Both the position numbers and the translations under genes were made by a program. The notes under the pieces are model-generated. The model was not told where the DNA came from. It saw only the letters and a program-made list of their open reading frames with translations, and did not search any database. A stretch of 64,000 bases of DNA, from the IMG/VR virus record IMGVR_UViG_3300020477_001468, positions 11,022 to 75,021 of that record; one strand, given 5' to 3'. The stretch is from a virus. Below, piece after piece: positions 39,619-50,191 of the stretch. Position 1 is the first letter of the stretch; each line of letters starts with the position of its first letter.

Positions 39619-41973
39619 TCATCTATTTCTTCCCTCTCCCCCTTCTTCATCTTTAATACCAAGTAGAAGTTGTAACGTCTCCAAAGAAGCTGCAACAGCT
39701 TGAGTACTTTTACTATCTGGAGAACCTCCCATAATTAAACTTCCAGCACTAAATCTTAATGATGCTGGAGGTTGATTATCAGCTCCTTGTAAGGTTGATA
39801 AAAATGCAGCAGTTCCACCAGTTTCAGGTGGAATAACGAGAACATATAGCCCTATTTTTTGTAAATTAATAAATTGTTCTTGTATTGAAATAATAAGTTC
39901 ATTTAATTTAACAATTTGTTCAACTCTTTCATCTATTGTTTTAATTGTTCGATTTATACCTGCTTGAGCTGTTGAAATTAATCCTCTAAAACTATTAAGT
40001 TCACCTCTAGTCCATCTAATAAAAGTTCCTAGAATTGGAATTAGATCCGTTAGTGTGTAAGTCATAAAATCAGGTGGAACACTATCAGGTTTATCTACTT
40101 GTGTTTTTATCAAACACACAGTAGTTGGAACATCGTGTGTTATTCTTTGTGCTTCATATTCTATTTCTGCATCTATTTGTTCACCATCTTCACTTACTAA
40201 TTTTGCACCACTTGATTGAGTTTTTAAGTCTTCATCACTACCAGTGTCAGTCTCAACTGCTTCAGCTTCGACATCTGACTTAACCGTGGCAATGGTTAAA
40301 ATATTACCAGGTTGAGGTTTCTTATTAAGTTGAAAAGGTTGTAAAGTAAGAGTTTCTTCCCAATAAGGTAAAGTGTTTATATTTTTCTTAGTCTCACCTT
40401 TATCTGTTGCAGCATATATTTCTGATTTTTTTGAATCTGAAGAAGAAATGACTTGTGCTTTAAATCCAGTTTCTTCTCCATCAACATCTGTCAATTCAAC
40501 TACAATAATTTTCTCACCCTCTTTTAAACCATCTAACTTTTTACCAAAACTTTGCTCTGATCTTTTTAAATCAACACCCATCAGCTGATCGCCGGCCATA
40601 CTTCCATATGTATCATCACCAAATGCTAAATCATGAACCATATTAACTTGTACTTTTATAGCAGGTGGTTTTAATAGTGCTGCTAAATCATTAAACAAAT
40701 CTTCAAGATCTGGAATCTTAAAAAAGTCTTTAAGCAAATATATGAGTTCAAGGAATCCTGTAATAGTAGTAGCTCCATAAATTATACAAATTCCTCCTAC
40801 AGCAGAGTCCGAACCAAAATTGGGTTTATGATCTCTCCACACATATCTCTTATCATGTGAAATTGCTTCTCCATTTTTATCATATAAAATAATATCTTGA
40901 GCTTCATTAGCTGAACTTACTGGAAAACCCTCTGCATCTTGATATTCTTTTTGTTGATCACCTTCATCATTAAAAGCTTCAACCATTTTTGATATAACTG
41001 CTGAAGGATTTAATTCTAACATACCAGTTAATTCATTTGTAACAGTGCCGCTATCGTCCGGACCAGAATAAGGTACTAACTTTGTTAATTTCAATCCAAA
41101 AGGATCTGTTGCTTGTGGTGCTTCTACACTTCCTACAAGCCACGTCTTATCAGTAGCAGTCTGTCCAAGGGGAGGATTGTCTTTTACAGTTCTTCCATTT
41201 ATTGCTCCTACCAATTCTCTATTTGTATCATAATAAGCAGGTACTTCTTTTACACCTTGATGTACAAAACTTCCATATGTTGCAGCTTTTGTTGTAGATG
41301 GAGGTACTGTATATGAATTAACATTTAACATAAAAAATCCAAGTTTTTCTAAATCTGCTAAAATAGTATCTACTTGAGATATGATAGTTTCTAAAAGAGC
41401 AAAAACAGGATTAACTGCAGCAATTTTTAATGCTTTTGAAGTTTCATATGTTGTTTTAAATGCTGTTAAAGCTGCTTTATTAACTGCGACTGCATCTGCT
41501 GTTTTTTCAAATAAAACAGCAAGACCACCATGATCCCCTAGTGTTAAGGACTGCCATGCTGGCTTTGTCTCCTCCTCTTCCTCTTCTTCTGCTGTTGTAT
41601 CTGGTGGTGTAAATGTTAATATACCAGTATTTGCTTTATGAATAAAAAAACCTGAAGAATCAATATCTATAGTTTGTGCTTCGTCTTTAAATAATCTTAC
41701 AGTTGTTCCAAAAGCCTCTGGCCTAACATAAAAACTTCCATCATTTAATGATGAAAATCCTGTTGCATCTTCAGAAAGAGAAGCATCATCTTCTATACTT
41801 GAAAGAGTAATATTATAACCATTAGCAAGTGAAGTATTTGCTGTAGTCTCTTCACCATTCTCAGTTGTTGTATATGTTGGATTATAAGTTAACGTAGTTA
41901 TCTGAACAGTATTACCGTTGTCGTTCGCCGTTGCAGTTGCTAATCCTATTATATTTAATTTTATTTCAGCCAT
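39619..41973 (-). CDS. Hypothetical baseplate-associated protein (784 aa)
   Basis: In the gp5-gp25 interval; N-terminal beta module, Glu linker, internally duplicated helical segment. Confidence 0.65.
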   Translation of the reverse strand: MAEIKLNIIGLATATANDNGNTVQITTLTYNPTYTTTENGEETTANTSLANGYNITLSSIEDDASLSEDATGFSSLNDGSFYVRPEAFGTTVRLFKDEAQTIDIDSSGFFIHKANTGILTFTPPDTTAEEEEEEETKPAWQSLTLGDHGGLAVLFEKTADAVAVNKAALTAFKTTYETSKALKIAAVNPVFALLETIISQVDTILADLEKLGFFMLNVNSYTVPPSTTKAATYGSFVHQGVKEVPAYYDTNRELVGAINGRTVKDNPPLGQTATDKTWLVGSVEAPQATDPFGLKLTKLVPYSGPDDSGTVTNELTGMLELNPSAVISKMVEAFNDEGDQQKEYQDAEGFPVSSANEAQDIILYDKNGEAISHDKRYVWRDHKPNFGSDSAVGGICIIYGATTITGFLELIYLLKDFFKIPDLEDLFNDLAALLKPPAIKVQVNMVHDLAFGDDTYGSMAGDQLMGVDLKRSEQSFGKKLDGLKEGEKIIVVELTDVDGEETGFKAQVISSSDSKKSEIYAATDKGETKKNINTLPYWEETLTLQPFQLNKKPQPGNILTIATVKSDVEAEAVETDTGSDEDLKTQSSGAKLVSEDGEQIDAEIEYEAQRITHDVPTTVCLIKTQVDKPDSVPPDFMTYTLTDLIPILGTFIRWTRGELNSFRGLISTAQAGINRTIKTIDERVEQIVKLNELIISIQEQFINLQKIGLYVLVIPPETGGTAAFLSTLQGADNQPPASLRFSAGSLIMGGSPDSKSTQAVAASLETLQLLLGIKDEEGGEGRNR

Positions 41974-41976
41974 ATC

Positions 41977-44535
41977 TTAAAACTGTTTCGATCTGTTATT
42001 TAAAACTTCGTAAATGTTTCTATCTTGATTAATCTTATCAAAAGCAAATTGAATATTATTAATCTTTTCCATAATATCTCGTAAATATCCTGTGTCACTA
42101 TCCAAAAATGTATTAATAACATCATATAACTTTCTTCCATATGGTGTAATACCAACCACATCTGTATCAGCATCACCAACAGCTGTATCTACAGTTGGAA
42201 TAGCAGACACTTTATATGCTGCTTTTGTATCTGAATCATCTTGTGCAGCAGGACTTTGATTAGCATATGTTGGTGCACCTATTCTTGCTCCTATTGTTGC
42301 GATGCGTTCTGTTCGACTTGCTTCAAATGTATTTAAAGATGTTTTAAAAGCAGTAAACTCAGTATCAAAAATATCAGCTTTATATTCTAAACCACTCCCA
42401 GTAATTAAAGAAGAAGATGAACCACCAACTGCAGCAGCACGATAAGTATCATGAGTTCCACTACTACCATTTCTCCATGCATTTCGTTTTGCAACCAAAT
42501 CAATTAATCTATCATAATAAGTTTCATACTTAGTTTGAGCACTTGCGTTAATAGCAGTACCATCATTAACTACTTCAAAATAAGGATCGTGATTAGTTTT
42601 TCGTGAATCCAACCCATTAATCACAGCATCTAGTTGAGGATACTTATTCCAATGAGCTTGTAATTGATTAAAAATATGTGGTGCTACAAAAGCAGTACCT
42701 TGACTTACTGCACAAGTCATTGTATATGCATTTCCTCCACTTCCATCATCTGCTCTTGTTATTGTATACAAAGCACTGTGAGGTTGATAATTAATTAATT
42801 GATCAGAACCAGCTACAGGTAGATAATAATAATGCGTTACTGTATTTGTACCTACACCATGATCTGACCCTGCCCAAGTTAATGATATAGCAGTAGCACT
42901 AGCTGATGTTGTATTAGCTTGGCCATCTGCATCTATGTACAATTTCTGTGTTGCAGTTGCTGAACCAGCATGTGATGTATTTGATCTCGCTAAAGCTGAA
43001 ACACTATGAGCCCCATATGTTGTGTTTGCATCTCCACTTGATCCAAATGATTTTGAAACTGAACTATATGCAGTTGTTCCACTAAAAATACATTTTAAAT
43101 TAACATAAGGATAATTCGTAGTATCATGTGCAAGACCAGTAGTAGTAGACACTATCGTAGCCATACCTGTAACAAATTGCCTTTGAGGATCATTAGCATT
43201 AGGTACTGTATTAGTTGTATAGACACCATCTGTTCCTAATGTTAACATTGGATTAACTTGCAAAAAGTATTTGGAAGCTGTATCAATAACAAATCTATAT
43301 TCTTTATCAATGCCTCCAGAAAACGTTAAAGTACCAGTATCAGAATCAAAGTCTGTATCACCTGGTAATTGTCTACCTGCTTCAATATGGACATATCTTC
43401 CACAAAATAAATCTCCTTCACCTAATCCAGTTGGTTGTAATTCCTTCTTTTTATAAACAAAGGGTGCCAAAGGATTAATTTCTTTATTAGGATATGTTCC
43501 ACTAAAAAGTGGTAATTCCTGAGATGTTGATACTAAAGTATTGGCTAATGATTTAAAGACAGGTAATGTATTAGTAGAATAATCTGCATTATAAAAAAGA
43601 TCTGCGCGTGTTTTAAAATTAGCATCACTTAACTTAACAGCATTGGTTGTTAAAGCAGCTGAGGCAGCATAACTTCCTGTATTATCTCCTACAGGTAACC
43701 AATTCGTATTAATCTGTAATCCTTCACATACAACAACAGCAACAAATGCTTGCGTATGTGCTTCTTCATCACCATGATTAATTTTTCGTTTTAAAACTAA
43801 AGCATCATATAAGCCAGGAGGAGAAAAAGAATTAGCTGATCCATCTGCTAAAGGTCTTGCAAGAGTTACAAATTTTACACCATCTGTTTCTGTTAATGTA
43901 TTAATATCCATACGAGCATAATCTTCATTCCATGACCCTATTTCATTAGTTGTATCATCTCCAAAAGCTACATCTTGTCCTAATGGATTAATTGCATTAG
44001 GCCTTAACACTGCATTTAAATTAGTTGCATCAGTAGCTTTAACTAAACTGCCTGTTTTTCTACTTTGAACAAGATAATAATCACCAATGTAAGTACTAAA
44101 TGTATTTGTTGTACTATTGCTATAAGTAATTGTTTGTGTTGCACCAAGAGTACCTGAAAAATCAATTTCTGTTTCACCATCAATAGATAATACTTGTACA
44201 CCAAAAGAAGTCACTGTGCTATTAGATACTGGAAAAGTAAAATCAACATCTCCTGTATCATAGATCGTAGTATTAGCTAAATTACCAAAATCTTGTATAT
44301 CAGTTGTTCTAGCTCCTTGACATAATGCTAAAATCTCAGACTGTTCTTTTGCAATATCATAAAGAGTTTTACCAGACGATGCTTGATTTGTTGTTAATAC
44401 ACCAGCGTTTTGAACAAGGACTTCCATCGCTAACATTATTGCATTTAACGCATCTAATCTTGCAAAGATTATATTATCAGGTCCTGCATTAATGCTATCA
44501 CGTGTTTCTGTAATTTTTTGTGCTATTGTTGTCAT
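41977..44535 (-). CDS. Hypothetical virion protein (852 aa)
   Basis: T/A/S/G-rich with helical termini; in the baseplate operon. Confidence 0.65.
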   Translation of the reverse strand: MTTIAQKITETRDSINAGPDNIIFARLDALNAIMLAMEVLVQNAGVLTTNQASSGKTLYDIAKEQSEILALCQGARTTDIQDFGNLANTTIYDTGDVDFTFPVSNSTVTSFGVQVLSIDGETEIDFSGTLGATQTITYSNSTTNTFSTYIGDYYLVQSRKTGSLVKATDATNLNAVLRPNAINPLGQDVAFGDDTTNEIGSWNEDYARMDINTLTETDGVKFVTLARPLADGSANSFSPPGLYDALVLKRKINHGDEEAHTQAFVAVVVCEGLQINTNWLPVGDNTGSYAASAALTTNAVKLSDANFKTRADLFYNADYSTNTLPVFKSLANTLVSTSQELPLFSGTYPNKEINPLAPFVYKKKELQPTGLGEGDLFCGRYVHIEAGRQLPGDTDFDSDTGTLTFSGGIDKEYRFVIDTASKYFLQVNPMLTLGTDGVYTTNTVPNANDPQRQFVTGMATIVSTTTGLAHDTTNYPYVNLKCIFSGTTAYSSVSKSFGSSGDANTTYGAHSVSALARSNTSHAGSATATQKLYIDADGQANTTSASATAISLTWAGSDHGVGTNTVTHYYYLPVAGSDQLINYQPHSALYTITRADDGSGGNAYTMTCAVSQGTAFVAPHIFNQLQAHWNKYPQLDAVINGLDSRKTNHDPYFEVVNDGTAINASAQTKYETYYDRLIDLVAKRNAWRNGSSGTHDTYRAAAVGGSSSSLITGSGLEYKADIFDTEFTAFKTSLNTFEASRTERIATIGARIGAPTYANQSPAAQDDSDTKAAYKVSAIPTVDTAVGDADTDVVGITPYGRKLYDVINTFLDSDTGYLRDIMEKINNIQFAFDKINQDRNIYEVLNNRSKQF

Positions 44536-45011
44536 TTAGGAGGTCCATCAAAAACTATAGGTGGTGTGCCAGGAATGACACCTTTTATCATACACTTTCT
44601 AACATAACCATCAATATTACCAGCAAACTTCTGTGCGAATACCTGCCCTGATGGTTGGCTTTCCCCAAATGTTCTTGCCAATGATGTTTGTAGATAATCA
44701 AATCCTACTGGTTGAGGAGGCGCGGTTTGATACGTAGTCATTAAAGTTAAAAAACAAGTATTAATAGCGGCAGCAATATTATTAGAAATAGCTAATTTTG
44801 ATGCCATTTGTTGGTTGAAAATATTAGTAAGAGTACTTCGTAAAGTGCTTACACCTGGCATATTAGCATATGTCCCATTACCTTGATTTGCTATTGTTTT
44901 TATATAAGCATCAAAAGCTGAAGCAATTTTACCAGCAGCTTCATTTGCTGAATTGTTATGTGTTGCAAAACCAGATTGCATTTGTGTCTTTAGTATAGAA
45001 AAATTTAACAT
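44532..45011 (-). CDS. Hypothetical protein directly downstream of gp5
   Basis: 159 aa with three imperfect helical repeats (AGKIASAFDAYI, SNNIAAAINTCF, AQKFAGNIDGYV). Confidence 0.65.
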   Translation of the reverse strand: MLNFSILKTQMQSGFATHNNSANEAAGKIASAFDAYIKTIANQGNGTYANMPGVSTLRSTLTNIFNQQMASKLAISNNIAAAINTCFLTLMTTYQTAPPQPVGFDYLQTSLARTFGESQPSGQVFAQKFAGNIDGYVRKCMIKGVIPGTPPIVFDGPPK

Positions 45012-46924
45012 TATGAACCAAAAACTTTTCGTGAGAGTGTTGTTGTAAATTGCCCTGCATTGTTTACTGGACCTGAAGGACCTGTACCTGTTGCATGATA
45101 ATGTATTCCAAATTTTTCCATATACTTATTTCCTAAAATAAGTGATTCACTTGCTTGCTCTTTTCCTAAACTAACATTAGTGCTAGCTTTTAAACTAATC
45201 GAAGCAGCATCAGTTAAAACTTCTGTTGCACTTTTTACGGTAACTTTACCACCACCATCAAGATCAATTGTACTTGCTCTAGCTTTAATTTCTATTGCAC
45301 CTGTCATAGCATCATTAAGAATATTACCCTTCGCAGTTGTTACAGAATGATCTCCAGCTGTTACAGTTGTCTTAACATCTCCTTTGATTGCAGTTGTTTC
45401 TATATCACCTACTAAAGATATTAAATCAATTTTACCCTGAAGTCCAAATTTCATGGTACTTGCAGCTCCTGCAAGACCTGTATTAAATTCAATACCACCT
45501 GATGTAGCAGTATCAACACTTTCTATTTTAATCTTACCAAATACTGCATTTATTTCTTTTGCATATAGACTAGTAGCTAATAAAGATTTGACTGGTTGAA
45601 TAGTTTCTATAGATGACTCTGAAATAGCCGTATCCATATTTTGAGCTATCACAGATACCATATTACCTGAAGATGATAATGTTACTGGTGATCCACTTAA
45701 AGATATTTCACCTGATGAAGAGAATGATGTATTACCTATTGTAGATTGCGAAAAATTTCTAGCACTAACAGACATATCTTGTTCTGTATTAGTAGCTAAA
45801 TCTTTTGTAAATGTTGTTGCAATTGAACCAGCTCGAAATTCTATTTGTCTATTTCCAGCATCTAATTGAATATTACCATCTCGTGTTTTTACAATAGCAT
45901 TACCCTGACTTCCTACTTTAATATATAGATCATTATTTGGTGCGTTGTTTTCATTAACAAGCAATTCATATCCTGCACCAATGGTTGCTACTTTATCATT
46001 TTGAACAGTTTGAAATTCGTTATGAGAAGTAAGATTATATAAATCACCAACAGACTTATTAATAACATCACCATCAGATTGCATTTCTGTATATGAACCA
46101 GAGCGATGAAACCAATGTAATCTTTCATGCTTAGGGGTATCATCAATTTCAATTACATGACCACTTTCAGACTGTTGTACATGATTATAAGGATAACGAG
46201 CTGAAAAATTTAAAGCTGGTTCATCAAACCTACTATCTTTAGCCCTTCTAATATTCTGAATTCTTGAAACTGCTTTACTATATAATGGCCCATCAATAGG
46301 TCTAAATTGGCCTGATTTAGTTTGATAATTTTGAGCAGTTTTTTCTCTACCTCTTGCAAGTCTTGGTGTAGTTGGCTCTTTTAAATATCTTTCATCAGGA
46401 TATGTGGAAATTATAGTATTGGAACCTTGAGCTCCTCTATTCTGAAGAATAACTTTTTGTCCTCTACCATATATTGTATTATCATAGTCTGGATCTCTTG
46501 GCGCATCTAGTAACTTTTTAATAAGTTTAACTGGCTTTTGCATCGGCCCAACTGCTATAGGAGCTGGATCAACATCCAAACGAGGATCATTAAAGCCTAC
46601 ATTTAGTTCAGCAAGTTCATGAGGAATTCCACCCATTGTTCCTAACATCATAGGCTCTTGTGCTTCATTACCATCTCTAAAAAAACCAAATATCCAAGAA
46701 CCTTCTACGGGACCTGTTGGACTTATACCAACTCCTGTTTGAGCTGCAGATGCTAAAGGTTGAATTGGCATTGACCATGGTAAACCAGTAGTAGGTAATA
46801 TACTTTTATCTTTAGTATGCCAACCTAATATTCTTACTCTACATCGGCCAAGAAATAAAGGATCAAGTCGATCTTCAACTACACCAACCCACCATACAAA
46901 ACCATCACGTCCTAAAAAACTCAT
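45011..46924 (-). CDS. gp5: Baseplate central spike gp5 (no lysozyme domain evident)
   Basis: WWVGVVEDR.DP..LGRCRVRI.G.H OB fold, YPYNHV..SESGH..EIDDTP, beta-helix repeats, C-terminal HYH. Confidence 0.92.
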   Translation of the reverse strand: MSFLGRDGFVWWVGVVEDRLDPLFLGRCRVRILGWHTKDKSILPTTGLPWSMPIQPLASAAQTGVGISPTGPVEGSWIFGFFRDGNEAQEPMMLGTMGGIPHELAELNVGFNDPRLDVDPAPIAVGPMQKPVKLIKKLLDAPRDPDYDNTIYGRGQKVILQNRGAQGSNTIISTYPDERYLKEPTTPRLARGREKTAQNYQTKSGQFRPIDGPLYSKAVSRIQNIRRAKDSRFDEPALNFSARYPYNHVQQSESGHVIEIDDTPKHERLHWFHRSGSYTEMQSDGDVINKSVGDLYNLTSHNEFQTVQNDKVATIGAGYELLVNENNAPNNDLYIKVGSQGNAIVKTRDGNIQLDAGNRQIEFRAGSIATTFTKDLATNTEQDMSVSARNFSQSTIGNTSFSSSGEISLSGSPVTLSSSGNMVSVIAQNMDTAISESSIETIQPVKSLLATSLYAKEINAVFGKIKIESVDTATSGGIEFNTGLAGAASTMKFGLQGKIDLISLVGDIETTAIKGDVKTTVTAGDHSVTTAKGNILNDAMTGAIEIKARASTIDLDGGGKVTVKSATEVLTDAASISLKASTNVSLGKEQASESLILGNKYMEKFGIHYHATGTGPSGPVNNAGQFTTTLSRKVFGS

Positions 46925-46939
46925 AATTCTCCCACTTAC

Positions 46940-48505
46940 CTAAATTGTTTCTGTATTATTAGCAACATCATTTTCATCAACATCACCTATTATTTGGTTT
47001 TTCGCTAAAACAGCAGGATCAAAATCTGGCATAGGATTATCAAGAGAATTTTTAGATAATTCTAACATAGTTTGCATACCACCAGGACCACTAATATTAC
47101 GAACTGTTTTCGTAACTATATATTTTCCTCCATAATAAAAATGAACCTCCGGAGGTGTACTACCTATCACTTCACTAGCAATTTCAGATGGCATTTGAAA
47201 CTCAACAACATCTCCTACTTTAATAGCCATATTACTTTTCGCCAAATTTACTCTTACTTTTATATTTGATAATTGTTGAAATTGAGAAAAGCGCTGAAGC
47301 AATAATTCTTCAACACTGGATGGTATGATACCCTTCTCTTTAAACCCTCCTGCCTGAGTTTGATTTGTATCAAAAATGAAATCATGATTTAATGTTGTAG
47401 AATGTAAGTGAATTTTTTGTAAAGGATGATTTAAATTATCGTTATTGTGAGTACACAATTTTCCAGACATATTAACTGCTTTACTTCTATCATATAAAAC
47501 TTCTACATCACCTTCTTTTCCAGCTTTAACCGTAGTTGCTACTTGTTGACCATCCTTTTGAATTAATACGTCTTTATCAGCTTTTTGAGGTACATACTCA
47601 TAATCATACTCTCTATATTTCATTCTTTCAAAATCATATGTAACTAATCGTGAAGAATACATGCCCTTTTGTATATTATCTAAGACATCGAAATTCGATA
47701 CGACTTCAAAAGATTCTACTTTTTGAGTTTGGAGATCATCATCTTGTAATTGTAATTGTGAGTCTCCTAACGTTTCCTTACTATCAGCATCTGCGTTCAA
47801 ATTTGGAGAATAAATTAATATTAATTTCGGAACTTTGTCTACTAATCCTTCAATTGACTCAAAATGAAAAGCATCAAGTTCCTCATAAAATACAAATGTA
47901 GCACCTTTATAAATTCTTGATTTTGACAAAGCCCTTTTAGCACACATGTTAATAGCTTGAAAGGGAGTACGGTTAGGAAACATTATCTGATATTGTCTCA
48001 AGGTGTCTTCAACTATAATATCTTTTTTATAATCCTCATGACCTTCTCCTCTCACTGTATTTTTAATATAATTATCATATACTTGTTTTACAATATAACT
48101 TAATGATGCTTTATGAGCTCCCAAATAAGAATCATAAATTTTAGTTCTTTTACTAATAAAATATTCTACAGAAGCGAAGTACAATGTGAAAGTCGCACCT
48201 GGATTTCCCTCACCTCGTACTAGTGGTGAAGCTTCATATACTCGAAAAAAACCGCTTAAAGGTCTTTCATCGTTTGGTGATGTAATAAAAATTTCAAGAT
48301 ACTCTTCTCCTAAGATTGGAAATATTTCAAAATAACCACCTTTATCCATAATAGTAATACTACCATTAATGAAAGGCCGATATAAATTTTCTTCGACAAC
48401 TACATCTACCATCAATTTCATTAAATTCATGGGTTGCCCCATTAAATTTGGAGTATGTAAATGTAATTTGTCTATATCATATTTTTTATCGCGGAATTCA
48501 GGCAT
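46940..48505 (-). CDS. Putative baseplate hub protein (gp27-like)
   Basis: Between gp53 and gp5; ILGEE, FVFYE, GDVV, GKYIVT. Confidence 0.55.
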   Translation of the reverse strand: MPEFRDKKYDIDKLHLHTPNLMGQPMNLMKLMVDVVVEENLYRPFINGSITIMDKGGYFEIFPILGEEYLEIFITSPNDERPLSGFFRVYEASPLVRGEGNPGATFTLYFASVEYFISKRTKIYDSYLGAHKASLSYIVKQVYDNYIKNTVRGEGHEDYKKDIIVEDTLRQYQIMFPNRTPFQAINMCAKRALSKSRIYKGATFVFYEELDAFHFESIEGLVDKVPKLILIYSPNLNADADSKETLGDSQLQLQDDDLQTQKVESFEVVSNFDVLDNIQKGMYSSRLVTYDFERMKYREYDYEYVPQKADKDVLIQKDGQQVATTVKAGKEGDVEVLYDRSKAVNMSGKLCTHNNDNLNHPLQKIHLHSTTLNHDFIFDTNQTQAGGFKEKGIIPSSVEELLLQRFSQFQQLSNIKVRVNLAKSNMAIKVGDVVEFQMPSEIASEVIGSTPPEVHFYYGGKYIVTKTVRNISGPGGMQTMLELSKNSLDNPMPDFDPAVLAKNQIIGDVDENDVANNTETI

Positions 48506-49061
48506 TTTTCAAACTTTTTCTAACTTCATTAAATACAGAAGCTACTAAGCTATCATCTATCAAATCAATTGATCGCTTTGCCTCATTTTTTTCAATTTCA
48601 TACTCATATTTGGAAACTGTTTTTCTAAGTGTTGGATCTAAAGAATCATAGGTTGTTTCATCAATCTCTAAAAGAACTTCTTTTTTATCTGAAGTAGTTT
48701 CTCTTAAAATTCTATTATAAGAATGTATAGTAGACATAGCTTCTGCAATACTATCATATTTTTTTGTTATAAAATTATTCATTTCCTTTGTACTTAAAGG
48801 CCATTCAAAATAAGGATCTACAATATCATTTGCAAAAAATATTACCCACGTATACTTGACATCTCCATAATATTCATGAGCTAATGTATCAGGTCGTTCA
48901 CCATCTTCAATAACATATGGATAGTAAATAAAAGCCTTTTCTCTTGCCAATTGTGTTAATTTTTGGCGAACAAAAATATTAGCTACTGTTGTATATTCAT
49001 TAGAAGTTGTACCATTAATGTTATAATTAATGGTTGGCATTAAATCAAAATACTTTGACAT
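48498..49061 (-). CDS. gp53: Baseplate wedge subunit gp53
   Basis: YF..MP.I.Y, GERPDTLA.EYYGD...WV, DP..EWPL, YEYE...NE.KR.I. Confidence 0.92.
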   Translation of the reverse strand: MSKYFDLMPTINYNINGTTSNEYTTVANIFVRQKLTQLAREKAFIYYPYVIEDGERPDTLAHEYYGDVKYTWVIFFANDIVDPYFEWPLSTKEMNNFITKKYDSIAEAMSTIHSYNRILRETTSDKKEVLLEIDETTYDSLDPTLRKTVSKYEYEIEKNEAKRSIDLIDDSLVASVFNEVRKSLKNA

Positions 49062-49075
49062 TTAGTCCCTTGTCT

Positions 49076-50146
49076 TTATCCTACGTTACGGAAATTACCA
49101 GATCTTTCTTGTGCTATCGTTGTTGGTGTTCTAGAAGCTGCTCCACGTACGTTACGAACAGTACTATGTCCAAAATCTGTATCACTTTGATGATACCTAG
49201 ATTGTTGATGAGGATGCAAGTGCTGCTGTTCCATATCTGTTGCTCTAAAAGTAGAATCAAATGTTTGTCGTGTAAGAATTTCCAGTTCCTGAAATGTTAA
49301 ATCCATTTTAACATTAAAAGGTGCACCTGTATCGTTAAAAAATACAGGAACTCCTTGACCAGCAAAGTCAACATTCATTTGAGTAATAACTGATCTCTTA
49401 ATTGTAAATACCCACGAACTTTTACTGTCTGTTTGTTGTTTACCATTAATGAAAAAATCAATATCAAATTGATGAGGATGTTGAAGAAAATATGAATGTA
49501 ACTGAGAAGTAAATCTACCAGGTAACATTCTACTTCTAAATCCTCTAACAATATTATTAATCGATTCAGATTCTTTTTGGTTTCTTGCAAGAAAATCAAA
49601 AGAGAATGTATGTGTTCTAAAATCTCCAGGTCCAGAATAATAAACGGTTAAAAAAGGATTGATAGCTAATCCAGCAGCAATCATAGAACCTTTAGCTATA
49701 TCAGACTTATCTGCTGTAAATTGTGCAACAGATCTTGCCATTTCTGTTCCTGCTGCTTCTTGCCACTCTTCTGATTTTACACTCCCAATAGCAGACATAA
49801 GAGTATCCTGCATATTAAAAGATGGAGCACTTGTAGCTTTATTATCCATAGCATCTGCAATCATCTTAGAACCACCTGTCATCAATGCTTCATAACCTTC
49901 AAAAGTTTCATATTTTTGCGTATATGAGGTTCTTAACGCATCAGCAGGTATATACAAAGCAACAGACATATCCTGTAATGGCTTCATACCATCACCCCCC
50001 TGTCCTGGTACAACAGTTTGATCATATGAATTAATTATCATATAATGTTGTTGTGCTGCATTTTCACTACCTATATCTGCTGGAAAATTATAAGTAGTTG
50101 TTATTCCTTTTCTATTTCTTTCTTTTTTCTGACGGGGACTTGGCAT
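49076..50146 (-). CDS. gp48: Baseplate tail-tube cap gp48
   Basis: ALYIP, INP....YSGP..R.H.FSF.F..RN..ES, LTFQELEILT. Confidence 0.85.
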   Translation of the reverse strand: MPSPRQKKERNRKGITTTYNFPADIGSENAAQQHYMIINSYDQTVVPGQGGDGMKPLQDMSVALYIPADALRTSYTQKYETFEGYEALMTGGSKMIADAMDNKATSAPSFNMQDTLMSAIGSVKSEEWQEAAGTEMARSVAQFTADKSDIAKGSMIAAGLAINPFLTVYYSGPGDFRTHTFSFDFLARNQKESESINNIVRGFRSRMLPGRFTSQLHSYFLQHPHQFDIDFFINGKQQTDSKSSWVFTIKRSVITQMNVDFAGQGVPVFFNDTGAPFNVKMDLTFQELEILTRQTFDSTFRATDMEQQHLHPHQQSRYHQSDTDFGHSTVRNVRGAASRTPTTIAQERSGNFRNVG

Positions 50147-50152
50147 ATCAAC

Positions 50153-50191
50153 CTAAATAAGAGTAAAGTGTTATAGTTCTATCATATTTAT
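50153..50191. promoter_or_regulatory. Crossed pair of late promoter motifs between gp48 and gp4
   Basis: CTAAATA on + (50153-50159) and ATAAATA on - (50185-50191). Confidence 0.65.
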
